Shown here: positions 50,404 to 62,445 of the stretch, piece by piece
Position numbering within the stretch: position 1 is the stretch's first letter
Layout of the letters: the number at the start of each line of letters is the position of its first letter
From: Phyllobates terribilis
Lineage: Eukaryota
DNA length: 64,000 nt
Reading direction: 5' to 3'
Assembly: GCF_046119375.1 (NCBI RefSeq)
Contig: NW_027362772.1
Span: forward strand, 288,238,001-288,302,000
Position numbers and translations under genes: made by a program
Notes under the pieces: model-generated
What the model was told of the DNA's origin: nothing
Seen by the model: the letters and a program-made list of their open reading frames with translations, nothing else
Database searches by the model: none

Positions 50404-51499
50404 GGGTTTCTTAGGTAAAATATCTCGTCACCTCATCGGTGTAATATATAAAGAGCTGGTGAAGTGTTTTCGTCAGAAGCTTCAGGTGAACGTCTTGGAA
50501 GACACATTTCCGCTTATTTGTCGCGACGACTCTTGTTCTCCTCATTCCCCGCATTCAGCGGCTCACTCCAAACTTTACTTTGTGACTTGTGGTAAAGAGA
50601 AGGAAGGATCTGAGAGTTCTGGTGACTTCCACAGGACGCGCTTATGTTCAGTTGAGCCGGCTTTTCGGCAGGGAACTCACCAGGACAATAATCGGACATC
50701 AGGGCGGCATCATCTGAGACCGTCGCTGACTTGTTTTATCGACGATATTGCTCATAAATCCAACGTCAGAGCAGATCCTCTGACCGTGGTGAGCGGCCTC
50801 GTCTTTAGGAAGCGTCTGATATCTCCGCAGTCCATGCCGGTTTATCACGAGATGCTCATGTTGTTGGATTGCCGAGAACAGCTCCAACTGGTAATGGACA
50901 CCATGAACACAGCCGTGGCGTCCATCATATCTACGGAAACTGTGAATAGTGAGAAAGTAAGACTCGGCTTAACATTTCATCAGGAAAAAGGAGATTATAT
51001 CATCTGGATGTCACCTGCTGATCCTGACCGGATCATAGGGACGATCAAACAGGTCCCCACCGGAGATCGACATAACATACTCATAGTATCGCTGAATTTA
51101 GATTTACTCGCCATGTGTCTGCTCGGCATTGAAGACTGGAGACTTCTGTGGACGGAAGATGACCGATTCGAAGCCCAGTTCCATCATGGTGACCTAAAAC
51201 CTTACCGGACCTTCTCCCTATATCCCCCCTGTTATATCCACGACGTTAGTTTTTGGGTGGAGGATGCCGGATTCGATGAAGTGGAGTTTCACACCATAGC
51301 GCTGCAAGTGTCAAAGGGAAACATTGTGGATATTCAGCTTCTGGACCAGTATAAAAATGCAGAAACTGGGAGAACTGGTCTGTGTTACCGGCTGAAATAT
51401 CAGTCCTGTGACCGAGCGCTGAGTTACAGGTCGGCGCTGGCGATGCAGCTGCAGCTTCGGGATGAGCTGCGGAGGCGTTTACACCTCGTTCTCAGATAG
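50404..51499 (+). CDS. fdxacb1: FDXACB1 last exon with the FDX-ACB domain (HDVSFW...YRLKYQSCDRALS); total about 586 aa
   Basis: TTTCAG|G acceptor in frame; C-terminal ferredoxin-fold anticodon-binding motifs. Confidence 0.95.
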
Positions 51500-52028
51500 C
51501 GGCTCGGAGGGGACATCCGGAAACCATTTCCGTACATCTGAGACCGCGTTCACACTGCGTATATGGCAGCGAGTATCTGCTGGTCTGAACATGCCCATAT
51601 GAGTCCGTACAGGGACCGGAAGAGTCTGGCAATTAAATCCATTTTAAATTAAAGAAAATAATAATTTATTTTCATGTCGCCATATTCTGAGAGCCATTCC
51701 TTTTTTTTTTTTTTCCAACAATAGCTTATTTGTCACATCATAAGTTAAAATTCTCATTGGTGCATGTGTTTTTCTTTATTCTTTTTTATTTTATTTCAGC
51801 TTTTGGGAAGATGCAAAGAAAAAGCAGCAATTCTGCCATATTATTATTATTATTATTTTTTTTTTTTTATGGCATTCACCATCTAGGTTATCTAATCTTT
51901 TTATACAGAGTTGTAACTAATGTGGTGACTCCAGTTATGTGATTATTATTATTTAGTTTATTTACATATTGTAAAAACCAGTGAATGGGAAAAAGCCATT
52001 TAAAAATATGCATTTTCACTTATATATA

Positions 52029-53652
52029 CAGTACAGACCAAAAGTTTGGACACACCTCATTTAAAGATTTTTCTGTATTTTCATGACTTTGAAAATTGTA
52101 CATTCACACTGAAGGCATCAAAACTATGAATTAACACATGTGGAATTATATACATAACAAAAAAGTGTGAAACAACTGAGAATATGTCTTATATTCTAGG
52201 TTCTTCAAAGTAGCCACCTTTTGCTTTGATGACTGCTTTGCACACTCTTGGCATTCTCTTGATGAGCTTCAAGAGGTAGTCACCGGAAATGGTCTTCCAA
52301 CAATCTTGTAGGAGTTCCCAGAGATGCTTAGCACTTCTTGGCCCTTTTGCCTTCACTCTGCGGTCCAGCTCACCCCAAACCATCTCGATTGGGTTCAGGT
52401 CTGGTGACTGTGGAGGCCAGGTCATCTGGCGTAGCACCCCATCACTCTCCTTCTTGGTCAAATAGCCCTTGCACAGCCTGGAGGTGTGTTTGGGGTCATT
52501 GTCCTGTTGAAAAATAAATGATGGTCCAACTAAACGCAAACCGGATGGAATAGCATGCCGCTGCAAGATGCTGTGGTAGCCATGCTGGTTCAGTATGCCT
52601 TCAATTTTGAATAAATCCCCAACAGTGTCACCAGCAAAGCACCCCCACACCATCACACCTCCTCCTCCATGCTTCACGGTGGGAACCAGGCATGTAGAGT
52701 CCATCCGTTCACCTTTTCTGCATCACACAAAGACACGGTGGTTGGAACCAAAGATCTCAAATTTGGACTCCTCAGACCAAAGCACAGATTTCCACTGGTC
52801 TAGTGTCCATTCCTTGTGTTCTTTAGCCCAAACAAGTCTCTTCTGCTTGTTGCCTGTCCTTAGCAGTGGTTTCCTAGCAGCTATTTTACCATGAAGGCCT
52901 GCTGCACAAAGTCTCCTCTTAACAGTTGTTGTAGAGATGTGTCTGCTGCTAGAACTCTGTGTGGCATTGACCTGGTCTCTAATCTGAGCTGCTGTTAACC
53001 TGCGATTTCTGAGGCTGGTGACTCGGATAAACTTATCCTCAGAAGCAGAGGTGACTCTTGGTCTTCCTTTCCTGTGGCGGTCCTCATGTGAGCCAGTTTC
53101 TTTGTAGCGCTTGATGTTTTTTGAAACTGCACTTGGGGACACTTTCAAAGTTTTCCCAATTTTTCGGACTGACTGACCTTCATTTCTTAAAGTAATGATG
53201 GCCACTCGTTTTTCTTTAGTTAGCTGCTTTTTTCTTGCCATAATACAAATTCTAACAGTCTATTCAGTAGAACTATCAGCTGTGTATCCACCAGACTTCT
53301 GCACAACACAACTGATGGTCCCAACCCCATTTATAAGGCAAGAAATCCCACTTATTAAACCTGACAGGGCACACCTGTGAAGTGAAAACCATTTCCGGTG
53401 AGTACCTCTTGAAGCTCATCAAGAGAATGCCAAGAGTGTGCAAAGCAGTCATCAAAGCAAAAGGTGGCTACTTTGAAGAACCTAGAATATAAGACATATT
53501 TTCAGTTGTTTCACACTTTTTTGTTAAGTATATAATTCCACATGTGTTAATTCATAGTTTTGATGCCTTCAGTGTGAATGTACAATTTTCAAAGTCATGA
53601 AAATACAGAAAAATCTTTAAATGAGGTGTGTCCAAACTTTTGGTCTGTACTG
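52029..53652 (-). mobile_element. Tc1-like DD38E transposon copy 3; 350-codon transposase (53241-52189) with one in-frame stop and first Asp changed to Glu
   Basis: TA flanks; long TIRs; DNDPKH...SPDLNPIE with 38 residues between D and E; TGA at 52725-52723; WSEESKF. Confidence 0.95.
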
Positions 53653-54989
53653 TATTTTAACCTTTTTATATCATTTTTTATTATTTTTATTCATGTACAC
53701 ATAAATATATATATTTTTTATTTATACACACATAGAAAAAAGAATATATATGCCGGTGTGTGTGTGTATATATATATATATATATTTTTTTTTATTTATA
53801 TATTTTTTCTGTGTGCATAAATAAAATAGAAAAAAAAATGTATATATGTCTGTGTAAATATATATTTTTATATCATTTTTGTTATTTATTTACCAGTTAC
53901 AGCTCTTTGTCTTTTCGGCCTGTACTGTGTGGCAAACGTGCATGGGTGCAATAATAGGGACCATGTGTCATTGGTTGGTTATGACCCATTTTTGGACATT
54001 TCCAGGAGGAATAACAGAGGAACAGGTGCTTCAGTATAGTCATTTTAATGAAAGTGTTACAAAAATGGTCATATCAGGATTGCTGGGAGCTCTTCTACAA
54101 AGGGTTGCTCTGGTGTCAGTCATTCAGGATATGAGCGGCACTGCTCGCGCGCCGTCAGGACACGGATACAGCCTTGTGCACACATCATATTTTAAATAAT
54201 CGGACGGGTGTGTGATACCCGCCGGCTGTGCAAACGTCCTGGCAGCTACCCTGGCGGTGGTGGCGCTCACCTCCTGAAGCAGAAGTGGTGAGCGGCTGTG
54301 TAGTAACCTTTTACTGGAAAGCTATTGTGCAGAGCTGTAGATTATGTATTTGATACAGAAATATGTTGACCTTTTTTGCTATAAATATTTTTTAAACTAT
54401 TCTGGTGTCTTTTTTGTGTCCATATAAAAATGTAAATATCCTGCAATATTCAGTTTTTTCCACTATTGGAGCACACAATAGAATACAATGTTCTGTTTTC
54501 TGCAGATCTTTTTTCAGGCTTGGCTGTGTAGCCTGGGACAGAGTCAACAGAAACATATATCCCGACCAATGGGTTGTAAACATCTAATTCAATCATGTAT
54601 TCCCGGTGGGCCGTCTGTGAGACTGATTCACACGACGTGTGAATGTTTCATGGTGTTTGCAATATGGATGTCCCGAGCCGTATGTTTGTCACACATAGTG
54701 TACATATGGGGGACAACCCCTTTAAAGTTGTCCGAGTCCACAGATTTCAGAAGGCCATGATGTTGTGGAAGAGAAGGATGGCGTTCCTCACCTCTCCTGG
54801 ATCCAGGGTTGGGTTTTGTGTCCTCCTCCTCCTGCTGCCGCAGGGTTCCTCTGCTCCTCGTACTTCTGTCACGGCACTCGCTTGTACTATATAGGTCGGT
54901 ACAGGCAGCCGGACGCCAATGAGTATTCAGGTAGTTGGCATTCAGGCAATTACTGAGGATTTTCTCCCATGTTCAGTTCCTGCACCTCT

Positions 54990-55370
54990 ACTGAACTCTG
55001 CATTGCTAAATTGCTGTCCTATGTGGAACTCTATTGCAAACTCAGATCTGCTACATTGCTGAATCAACTCTGTTGCAAACTCAGATCTGCAGCATTGTTG
55101 AATCACCTCTGCTGCCAACTCAGCTCTACTGCATTGCTGAATCAATTCTGCTAGCAAACTCAGCTCTGCTGCATTGCTGAATCACCTCTGCTGCAAACAC
55201 AGTACTGCTGTATTGATGAGTCAACTCTGTTGCAAACTCAGCTTTGCTGCATTGCAGAATTAACACTGTTGCAAACTCAGCTTTGCTGAATTGCTGAACT
55301 AATGCTGTTGCAAACTGCTCTGCTGCATTGATGAATCAACTCTGTTGCAAACTCAGCTGTTACATTGCTG
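54990..55370. repeat. ~39-bp degenerate minisatellite (GCATTGCTGAATCAACTCTGTTGCAAACTCAGCTCTGCT), possibly within an old LTR fragment
   Basis: Tandem units; TGTCACGG at 54867 upstream but no matching TSD found. Confidence 0.75.
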
Positions 55371-56277
55371 TGCAGACTCTGTTGTATTGCTGTGCCATCT
55401 CTGCCATACTGAGACCTCCTTTGCAATTCACTCCTGCTACTTTGATTCTTCATTGCTCAGTTAGCTCTGCTTCATTGCTGTGCCTGCTCCACTGCATTAA
55501 ACCTACCACATAACTCAGCTCTACTACTCCGGTTCCTCCTTACTTTGATGGCTCTGCTGTATTGCGTTGCCAGTCCTGCCTCAGAACCCCCACGACAAAT
55601 AAAACACAGCTACACCTGTTGCCATTTCTTCAACTCTGCCACATCGGCCTCCTTTGTTCCGAACAGATCTCTGCTGCGCCAGCGCCATCAGTCCATGCCG
55701 ACTGCTCATCCGGGCCAAGGGTCCACGTCACCAGGTGAGACATAACACATAGGGCACGATGAATGCCATGTGTATGGCGGAGTCAGGAGCGTCCGGCCAC
55801 AGCTGTCTGGGGTGTATGGGTTCCTTTAAAGGGCGGAAGGTTTAAACAGGTTTCCCCGTGTTATTGTTCTGGAAAATAATAAAGAGAAAAAGTGCCGCTA
55901 ATAAACAGATATATGGTGTGACCGCCTAGATGCAGTGGCTACTGACTGCAGCACCTAAGGGGTTAAGCAGCATTTACAATAGTATCAGGGCTGCTATTAC
56001 TGCGCCCCCTGAGGTCACCTGGAGGAACATGTAAGTCATGGCACAGAATCTACCACCTGTGATTTCCATTTTGATCACAAGCTATTAAAGGGTTAACTGC
56101 ATTAGGTGTCAAATGTGAATAAATATGGGGAGAAGTAACTGAATAGAACAAGTATGTAATAACACAGCACAGGGAGGTGCAGAGACCAAGCAGACGATGC
56201 TCTGATCCACACACAACCTCCATGACGATCTCTGCCCCGTCCACCTCTCACCTGAGTGGTCACACGTCATTCTACAC

Positions 56278-56364
56278 CGCGCGTGCGCAATAGAAGACCA
56301 AGGCGCCAGTAGTAAACATGGCGCCTGCTAAGTCTTCGCTCTTTACCCATACGCGGAAGTAAGT
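56278..56364 (+). promoter_or_regulatory. alg9: alg9 CpG-island promoter: NRF1-like GCGCGTGCGCA, YY1-like AACATGGCG, ETS GCGGAAGT
   Basis: Motifs read directly just upstream of the ATG at 56385. Confidence 0.6.
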
Positions 56365-56384
56365 TCCCACTGCCCACAGTAGCA

Positions 56385-56491
56385 ATGGCGTCCAAGGGAG
56401 CTCGACACCGATGGAAAGGAACCGGCGGAGAAAGGGAGGAAAACAGCGGAAAACACAAGGAAGAGAACCGGGGGCCGGAACAAAGAGCAGA
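56385..56491 (+). CDS. alg9: ALG9 exon 1 (MASKGARHRWKG...EQRAE)
   Basis: Matches human MASRGARQRLKG; GA|GTGAGG donor in phase with exon 2. Confidence 0.9.
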
Positions 56492-56610
56492 GTGAGGGCA
56501 GCGCCGGGAAGAAGGGTGGTGGTCTGTGTATAGCGATGTGTATCGGGGGGTGACGTGTAATAAGGGGCTGCACACTAATGGGAGAGTAGTAATGGCTGCA
56601 TGTCACAGAT

Positions 56611-56930
56611 AGGACCCCGCATGTCTCGTCCCCTTGTAGAGATGGGACCCCGCATGTCTCGTCCCCTTGTAGAGATGGGACCCCGCATGTCTCGTCCCCT
56701 TGTAGAGATGGGACCCCGCATGTCTCGTCCCCTTGTAGAGATGGGACCCCGCATGTCTCGTCCCCTTGTAGAGATGGGACCCCGCATGTCTCGTCCCCTT
56801 GTAGAGATGGGACCCCGCATGTCTCGTCCCCTTGTAGAGATGGGACCCCGCATGTCTCGTCCCCTTGTAGAGATGGGACCCCGCATGTCTCGTCCCCTTG
56901 TAGAGATGGGACCCCGCATGTCTCGTCCCC
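56611..56930. repeat. 33-bp minisatellite (GGGACCCCGCATGTCTCGTCCCCTTGTAGAGAT), about 10 identical copies
   Basis: Direct repetition. Confidence 0.95.
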
Positions 56931-57270
56931 CATAGTCAGCTATCCACCACATGTACAGGATATGTATATAGGACGCCCTATATCTGTGCTCCCATCCGCA
57001 GAGATCAGTTATTTGCAATTTGTACTTTTGCTTATTTGTGCATTACGAGGGTAAAATCTGCAGCAGAAATCCAGATGCAGGGGGTCCACATTCCACTCCC
57101 AGGTCGGGTTTTTCTGCAATGTGTGGATAAGATTTGGTAAATACCACAACGCTTTTAATTACTACCCAGATACAACCATTGGCTGCAGAAGCAGTTATCT
57201 GTAGTGTCGCCCTGTACAGGATCTCTATCGGGTTCTTTATTACTGGTGACGTCTTGTGCTCGTTCCCTAG

Positions 57271-57409
57271 GTCTGCGTGTACTAAGGCCGGCCAGGTGTG
57301 GGCGCCTGAAGGAGCCACCGCATTTAAATGCCTGATCTCCGCCCGCTTCTGTGCCGCATTGCTGAGCAACATCTCCGACTGCGATGAAACCTTCAACTAC
57401 TGGGAACCT
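57271..57409 (+). CDS. alg9: ALG9 exon 2 (AGQVWAPEGATAFKCL...SDCDETFNYWEP)
   Basis: 139 nt, AG/GT boundaries, DCDETFNYWEP motif of GT22 mannosyltransferases. Confidence 0.97.
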
Positions 57410-57929
57410 GTAAGTAACAGATGGAAGAGAATTGGGTCTAGTGGCCACAGGGTTATCAGCTAATGGCAGGTGTGCACGCTCATGTGGTGCCTGCCTGACA
57501 GCGGGCACAGTCTGGATAGACGCCGTGGCATCCGTCCACCAGATCACCCAATTGTAAAGAGATCTATTCCTATAGAGGAGGAAATGCTGGCGAGCAGCTG
57601 ATGCCAGGTGCAAAACCAGGTGATAACGACCACTTCACTGACCACTGCGGGAAAGACACAGTCCCTATTTAAAAAACAAGGGTAGATTTGCCGCATGTAA
57701 TACATGCTGATTTTGGTTTGGATTATTTCCAAAAATCTGTGGTGAATAAATGTATAACCTGTGTAGACCTGGCTTTAAAGAAAAGAGTTATAGAGAGGGG
57801 AGAAAGTATCTGCAGTCTCAAAGAAAGCAGAGAAAAGGGCTTCAAATAAGGAAGAAAGCACATTAAGAAGCTGTACGTGCAGGATAGAAGCTGTGTTGAT
57901 ATATGAGCAAATGAAGATTACAGCACCCT

Positions 57930-58357
57930 GTATACACACAGCTCACATTCAACCTATATTACTGGGAGAGACACAGACTTCACATCCGGCCTATATTACT
58001 GGGATAGACACATAGACCTCACATCCATCCTATATTACTGGGAGAGACACATAGACCTCACATCCATCCTATATTACTGGGAGAGACACACAGAGCTCAC
58101 ATCTAGCCTATATTACTGGGAGATATATACCGACCTCATATTCTGCCTGTATTACTGGGAGAGACACGCAGAGCTCACATCCAGCCTGTATTACTGGGAG
58201 AGACACGCAGAGCTCACATCCAGCCTGTATTACTGGGAGAGACACGCAGAGCTCACATCCAGCCTGTATTACTGGGAGAGACACGCAGAGCTCACATCCA
58301 GCCTGTATTACTGGGAGAGACACGCAGAGCTCACATCCAGCCTGTATTACTGGGAGA
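57930..58357. repeat. 39-bp minisatellite (CTGTATTACTGGGAGAGACACGCAGAGCTCACATCCAGC)
   Basis: Direct repetition, more divergent at the 5' side. Confidence 0.9.
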
Positions 58358-58624
58358 CAAAGAGAATGACGGCACTTCCACTACAAAAGCTAGGTGTGAA
58401 CAGGTGCTTACTAAGAGCAGCTACCTCCATGTATAATGAACAAATAAAGTAGCACACTGTAACACTGAGTATATAGATGTGAAATATGAATAGCATAACT
58501 GCTGTAAAAAATAGAAATAAATGAAAAATTTTTTTAAAAATTTTTTTAGCGCATGAAATATGAAGTATGGAAAATGAATAGCATTACTGCTGTAAATAAA
58601 TGAGAAATCTTAGCGCATAAATTG

Positions 58625-59246
58625 GTTCTGTATTACTGGCAGAGACACGCAGAGCGAACCATCCAGCCTGTATTACTGGGAGAGACACGCAGAGCAAACC
58701 ATCCAGCCTGTATTACTGGGAGAGACACGCAGAGCGAACCATCCAGCCTGTACTACTGGGAGAGACACGCAGAGCGAACCATCCAGCCTGTACTACTGGG
58801 AGAGACACGCAGAGCGAACCATCCAGCCTGTACTACTGGGAGAGACACGCAGAGCGAACCATCCAGCCTGTACTACTGGGAGAGACACGCAGAGCGAACC
58901 ATCCAGCCTGTACTACTGGGAGAGACACGCAGAGCGAACCATCCAGCCTGTACTACTGGGAGAGACACGCAGAGCGAACCATCCAGCCTGTACTACTGGG
59001 AGAGACACGCAGAGCGAACCATCCAGCCTGTACTACTGGGAGAGACACGCAGAGCGAACCATCCAGCCTGTACTACTGGGAGAGACACGCAGAGCGAACC
59101 ATCCAGCCTGTACTACTGGGAGAGACACGCAGAGCGAACCATCCAGCCTGTACTACTGGGAGAGACACGCAGAGCGAACCATCCAGCCTGTACTACTGGG
59201 AGAGACACGCAGAGCGAACCATCCAGCCTGTACTACTGGGAGAGAC
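58625..59246. repeat. 40-bp variant of the preceding minisatellite (CCATCCAGCCTGTACTACTGGGAGAGACACGCAGAGCGAA), about 15 copies
   Basis: Direct repetition. Confidence 0.95.
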
Positions 59247-59448
59247 AATTCCACAAGAGAAAAATCTTAATTTTAGATCAGGCTTCAAACATCACATCAC
59301 GGGTTGTAGATAGGCTATTGGTTTTTATCTTTTGCCCAAAGTATCACTTCATTGCAAATTCTTCAAAATAAAAGAAAATTTGCCAATTATGACTCGCGTT
59401 GATTTTAATACTTATTTCTTCATAACTTTTTTTTTTCATCTTTTATAG

Positions 59449-59583
59449 TCTCACTACCTTGTATACGGCAAAGGCTTCCAGACGTGGGAATATTCTCCAG
59501 CCTACGCCGTCCGCTCCTATGCCTACCTGTGGCTGCACGCTTTGCCCGCGTGGTTACATGCCAATGTCCTCCAGACCAACAAG
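59449..59583 (+). CDS. alg9: ALG9 exon 3 (SHYLVYGKGFQTWEYSPAYAVRSY...QTNK)
   Basis: 135 nt, AG/GT boundaries, FQTWEYSP motif. Confidence 0.97.
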
Positions 59584-59685
59584 GTAGCTGGGCGGGAGTA
59601 ATTGCTTTTTCTTCTTTGTTCCTTTTATTTGCTCATAATATTAGACCTATTGGCGGAAAGTAATTTTTCCTCTTTCGTCTGTTAG

Positions 59686-59756
59686 GTTCTGGTCTTTTAC
59701 TTCATCCGGTGCTTTTTGGCTTTTTGTAGCTGCATATGTGAGCTTTATTTCTACAA
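59686..59756 (+). CDS. alg9: ALG9 exon 4 (VLVFYFIRC...CELYFY); gene continues beyond the window
   Basis: 71 nt, AG/GT boundaries. Confidence 0.95.
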
Positions 59757-60198
59757 GTAAGTATCCAATTATCTAATAATTCTTATAAAGAAGCTATCCA
59801 GCGCCTGTCATGTTACGCCCTGCTGCGGTGGGGTCTGTCGGACACACACTAGGACTCGTGGACCCCCGGCAGGTATCATATCTTACTAATTATCATAGGA
59901 TTCCTGCTGATATCTGGCAAGGGCTGGACAGACTCCACCTCAGCAGTGTCTCACCCCCCCCAGTGTGGAAGTGAAAGGCGCTGAGTAGCCCCCTTTATTT
60001 ATTTGTATTAATGGGGTCTAATACTAGCCCCAGCTGCTGGAGAACCTCTTTAGCAACAATACAGAGCTTATGTTCATTGTTATGCATTGGAAATATCCTT
60101 TGCAAAAAGAAGGTCTGCAGCAGCTGTGAGTGTATAATGTTCCAATAATGTGTAACCGGTTGCATTTATATATGTCTCTAGCACTGGGGTGTTGTAAT

Positions 60199-60201
<3 letters not shown>

Positions 60202-60273
<72 letters not shown>
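60202..60273. repeat. (TA)n microsatellite directly abutting the LTR
   Basis: About 36 TA units. Confidence 0.97.
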
Positions 60274-60276
<3 letters not shown>

Positions 60277-61494
60277 AGTGCCGGCGTCCCTGCCCTCTGC
60301 TAGGCAGGGACGCTGTTCCCCTCACCGCTCTGCTCCGTGCCCGGCGTCCCTCTCCCGCTCTGCTGGCAGCGCGCGCTCCTTCCCGGCCACTGTGCTTAGG
60401 GCGCGCGCGCCCTCCCTCCCTCTTAAAGGGGCCGCGCGCGCCGTCCTAAGGAGTCCCCGGCCAATGGCCGGAGGACTTTACCATATATAAGGCACCTCCT
60501 CCAAAATGGAGGTGCCCGAGCAATGTTGTTGCACTGTTCACTACTCTGCTTCAGCCCTCAGGTCCCGTTGCCAGTTACCTGCCAGTTACCTGCCAGTTAC
60601 CTGCCAGTTACCTGCCAGTTACCTGCCAGTTACCTGCCAGTTACCTGCCTGATTATCTGCTACCTGTCTGCTAGTCTGAGGTCCGACGGTCTGCCTTGCT
60701 ACTCCTGTCAGTCTGTCTAAGGACCAGCCTGCCCGCTCACCTGGGAGCACACACCAGCCACCTGCCTGCTTGCCTGAGGTCCGACGGTCTGCCTTCCTAC
60801 TCCCGTCAGTCTGTCTATGGACCAGCTTGCCCGCTCACCTGGGAGCGCTCACCTGCTACCTGCCTGCTAGTCTACCTGGAGGCTCCGCCGTCACATGCTG
60901 TGACCACCTGCCTGTCCAGTGACTCCTGCTCGCTCACCTGGGAGCGCTCATCTGCTGCCTGTCTGCTAGCCTACCTGGAGGCTCTGCCGTCACGTGCTGT
61001 GACCACCCGCCTGTCCAGAGACTTCTGCCCGCTCTCCTGGGAGCGCTCATCTGCCGCCTGTCTGTTGGTCTTCCTGGAGGCTCCGCCGTCACATGCTGTG
61101 ACCACCCGTTTATCCAGAGACTCTCGCCTGCTCACCTGGGAGCTCAAGTCTACCATCAGCCGCCACAGGTCGTACCAACCCTTTACCCAGAGACTGCCCC
61201 GGTCACTTGCCGTGACCACCTGCCCGTTCACCCAGAGACTGCCCCAGTCACTTGCCGTGATCTCCTGCCCGTTCTTCCAGAGACTGTCCCGGTCACTTGC
61301 CGTGACCATCTGCCCGTTCACCCAGAGACTGCCCCAGTCACTTGTCGTGATCTCCTGCCCGTTCTTCCAGAGACTGTCCCGGTCACCTGCTGTGACTGCC
61401 TGCCTGGTCGCCACCTGCTCCCTTACAAGGACTGCCCCCTTGTATAGTAGCTCAGAGGTTCCGCCTCCCAGACCCGTTACAGTTTGCTCGGGCC

Positions 61495-62445
61495 ATGGAA
61501 CCCGGTGGCACCCAAGCTCCCTCGCTCTCGGACCTCTGTCATGAACTGTCCCGTCAGAGGTCCCAACAGGAGTCCATCCTGGGTCACCTGCGGAATGTCA
61601 ATTCTCGCCTGGACACTCTGACTGCTCCACCAGCAACCACCGCCAGTGCCATGACTCGCAACCCGGCAGCTCCGCTGCCCACCAATACCATGGTATCCTA
61701 CCCCGGACCCCGGCTTTCTGCACCTCCTTGCTTCGGAGGCGACCCCGCCCAGGCTCGGGGCTTCATTAATCAGTGCACCCTGCACTTTGAACTATTGTCC
61801 CACCAGTTTAACTCCGACCGGGCCAAAATTGCCTTCATCATGTCCCATCTCACCGGGGAGGCCCTGGCCTGGCTAAATCCTCTATGGGAGAGAGGAGACC
61901 CCCTGGTGTCCGACCTGCCTGCCTTCCTCACGGCTTTCCGGAAAGTCTTCGATGAACCCGGACGGAAGACCTCATCCTCCTCGTCTCTGCTACGCCTCCG
62001 TCAGGGAAGTCTCACCGTGGGCCAATATGCCATACGGTTCCGTACCCTTGCCTCGGAGCTGGCCTGGGATAACGACGCTCTGGTATCCGTCTTCTGGGAG
62101 GGTCTGTCCGGCCGTATTAAAGATGAACTTGCCGGTCGGGACGTTCCTACCACTCTTGATGATCTAATAACTCTTGCCACCCGGATTGACCTACGGTTCC
62201 AGGAGCGTGCCAAAGAGGTCACCCGTGAGAGGAGGTTTCCACGTCTAGCTCCTACTTTTCAGAAACCCGTCACTCCCTCCGTCTCTCCCCAGGTACACTC
62301 TCCTGAGCCTATGCAGGTCGACCAGACCAAGATGGTCAAAACCCGTCAGGACTTACGCCGTGCCGAGGGGAGCTGCTTCTACTGTGGCAGTAAGGAGCAC
62401 CGGATCCGTGCCTGCCCAGAGAGGTCGGGAAACGCCTGTGTCTAG
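61495..62445 (+). CDS. Gag (316 aa): coiled-coil N-terminus, capsid, CCHC zinc knuckle
   Basis: FGGDP...FINQC...AKIAFIMSHLTGEALAW; LRQGSLTVGQYAIRF; CFYCGSKEHRIRAC. Confidence 0.95.
   Translation: MEPGGTQAPSLSDLCHELSRQRSQQESILGHLRNVNSRLDTLTAPPATTASAMTRNPAAPLPTNTMVSYPGPRLSAPPCFGGDPAQARGFINQCTLHFELLSHQFNSDRAKIAFIMSHLTGEALAWLNPLWERGDPLVSDLPAFLTAFRKVFDEPGRKTSSSSSLLRLRQGSLTVGQYAIRFRTLASELAWDNDALVSVFWEGLSGRIKDELAGRDVPTTLDDLITLATRIDLRFQERAKEVTRERRFPRLAPTFQKPVTPSVSPQVHSPEPMQVDQTKMVKTRQDLRRAEGSCFYCGSKEHRIRACPERSGNACV

Noticed and set aside
54867-55597. Possible second solo LTR (TGTCACGG...CACGACA)
   Set aside because: No target-site duplication and an imperfect end; kept only as a tandem repeat.
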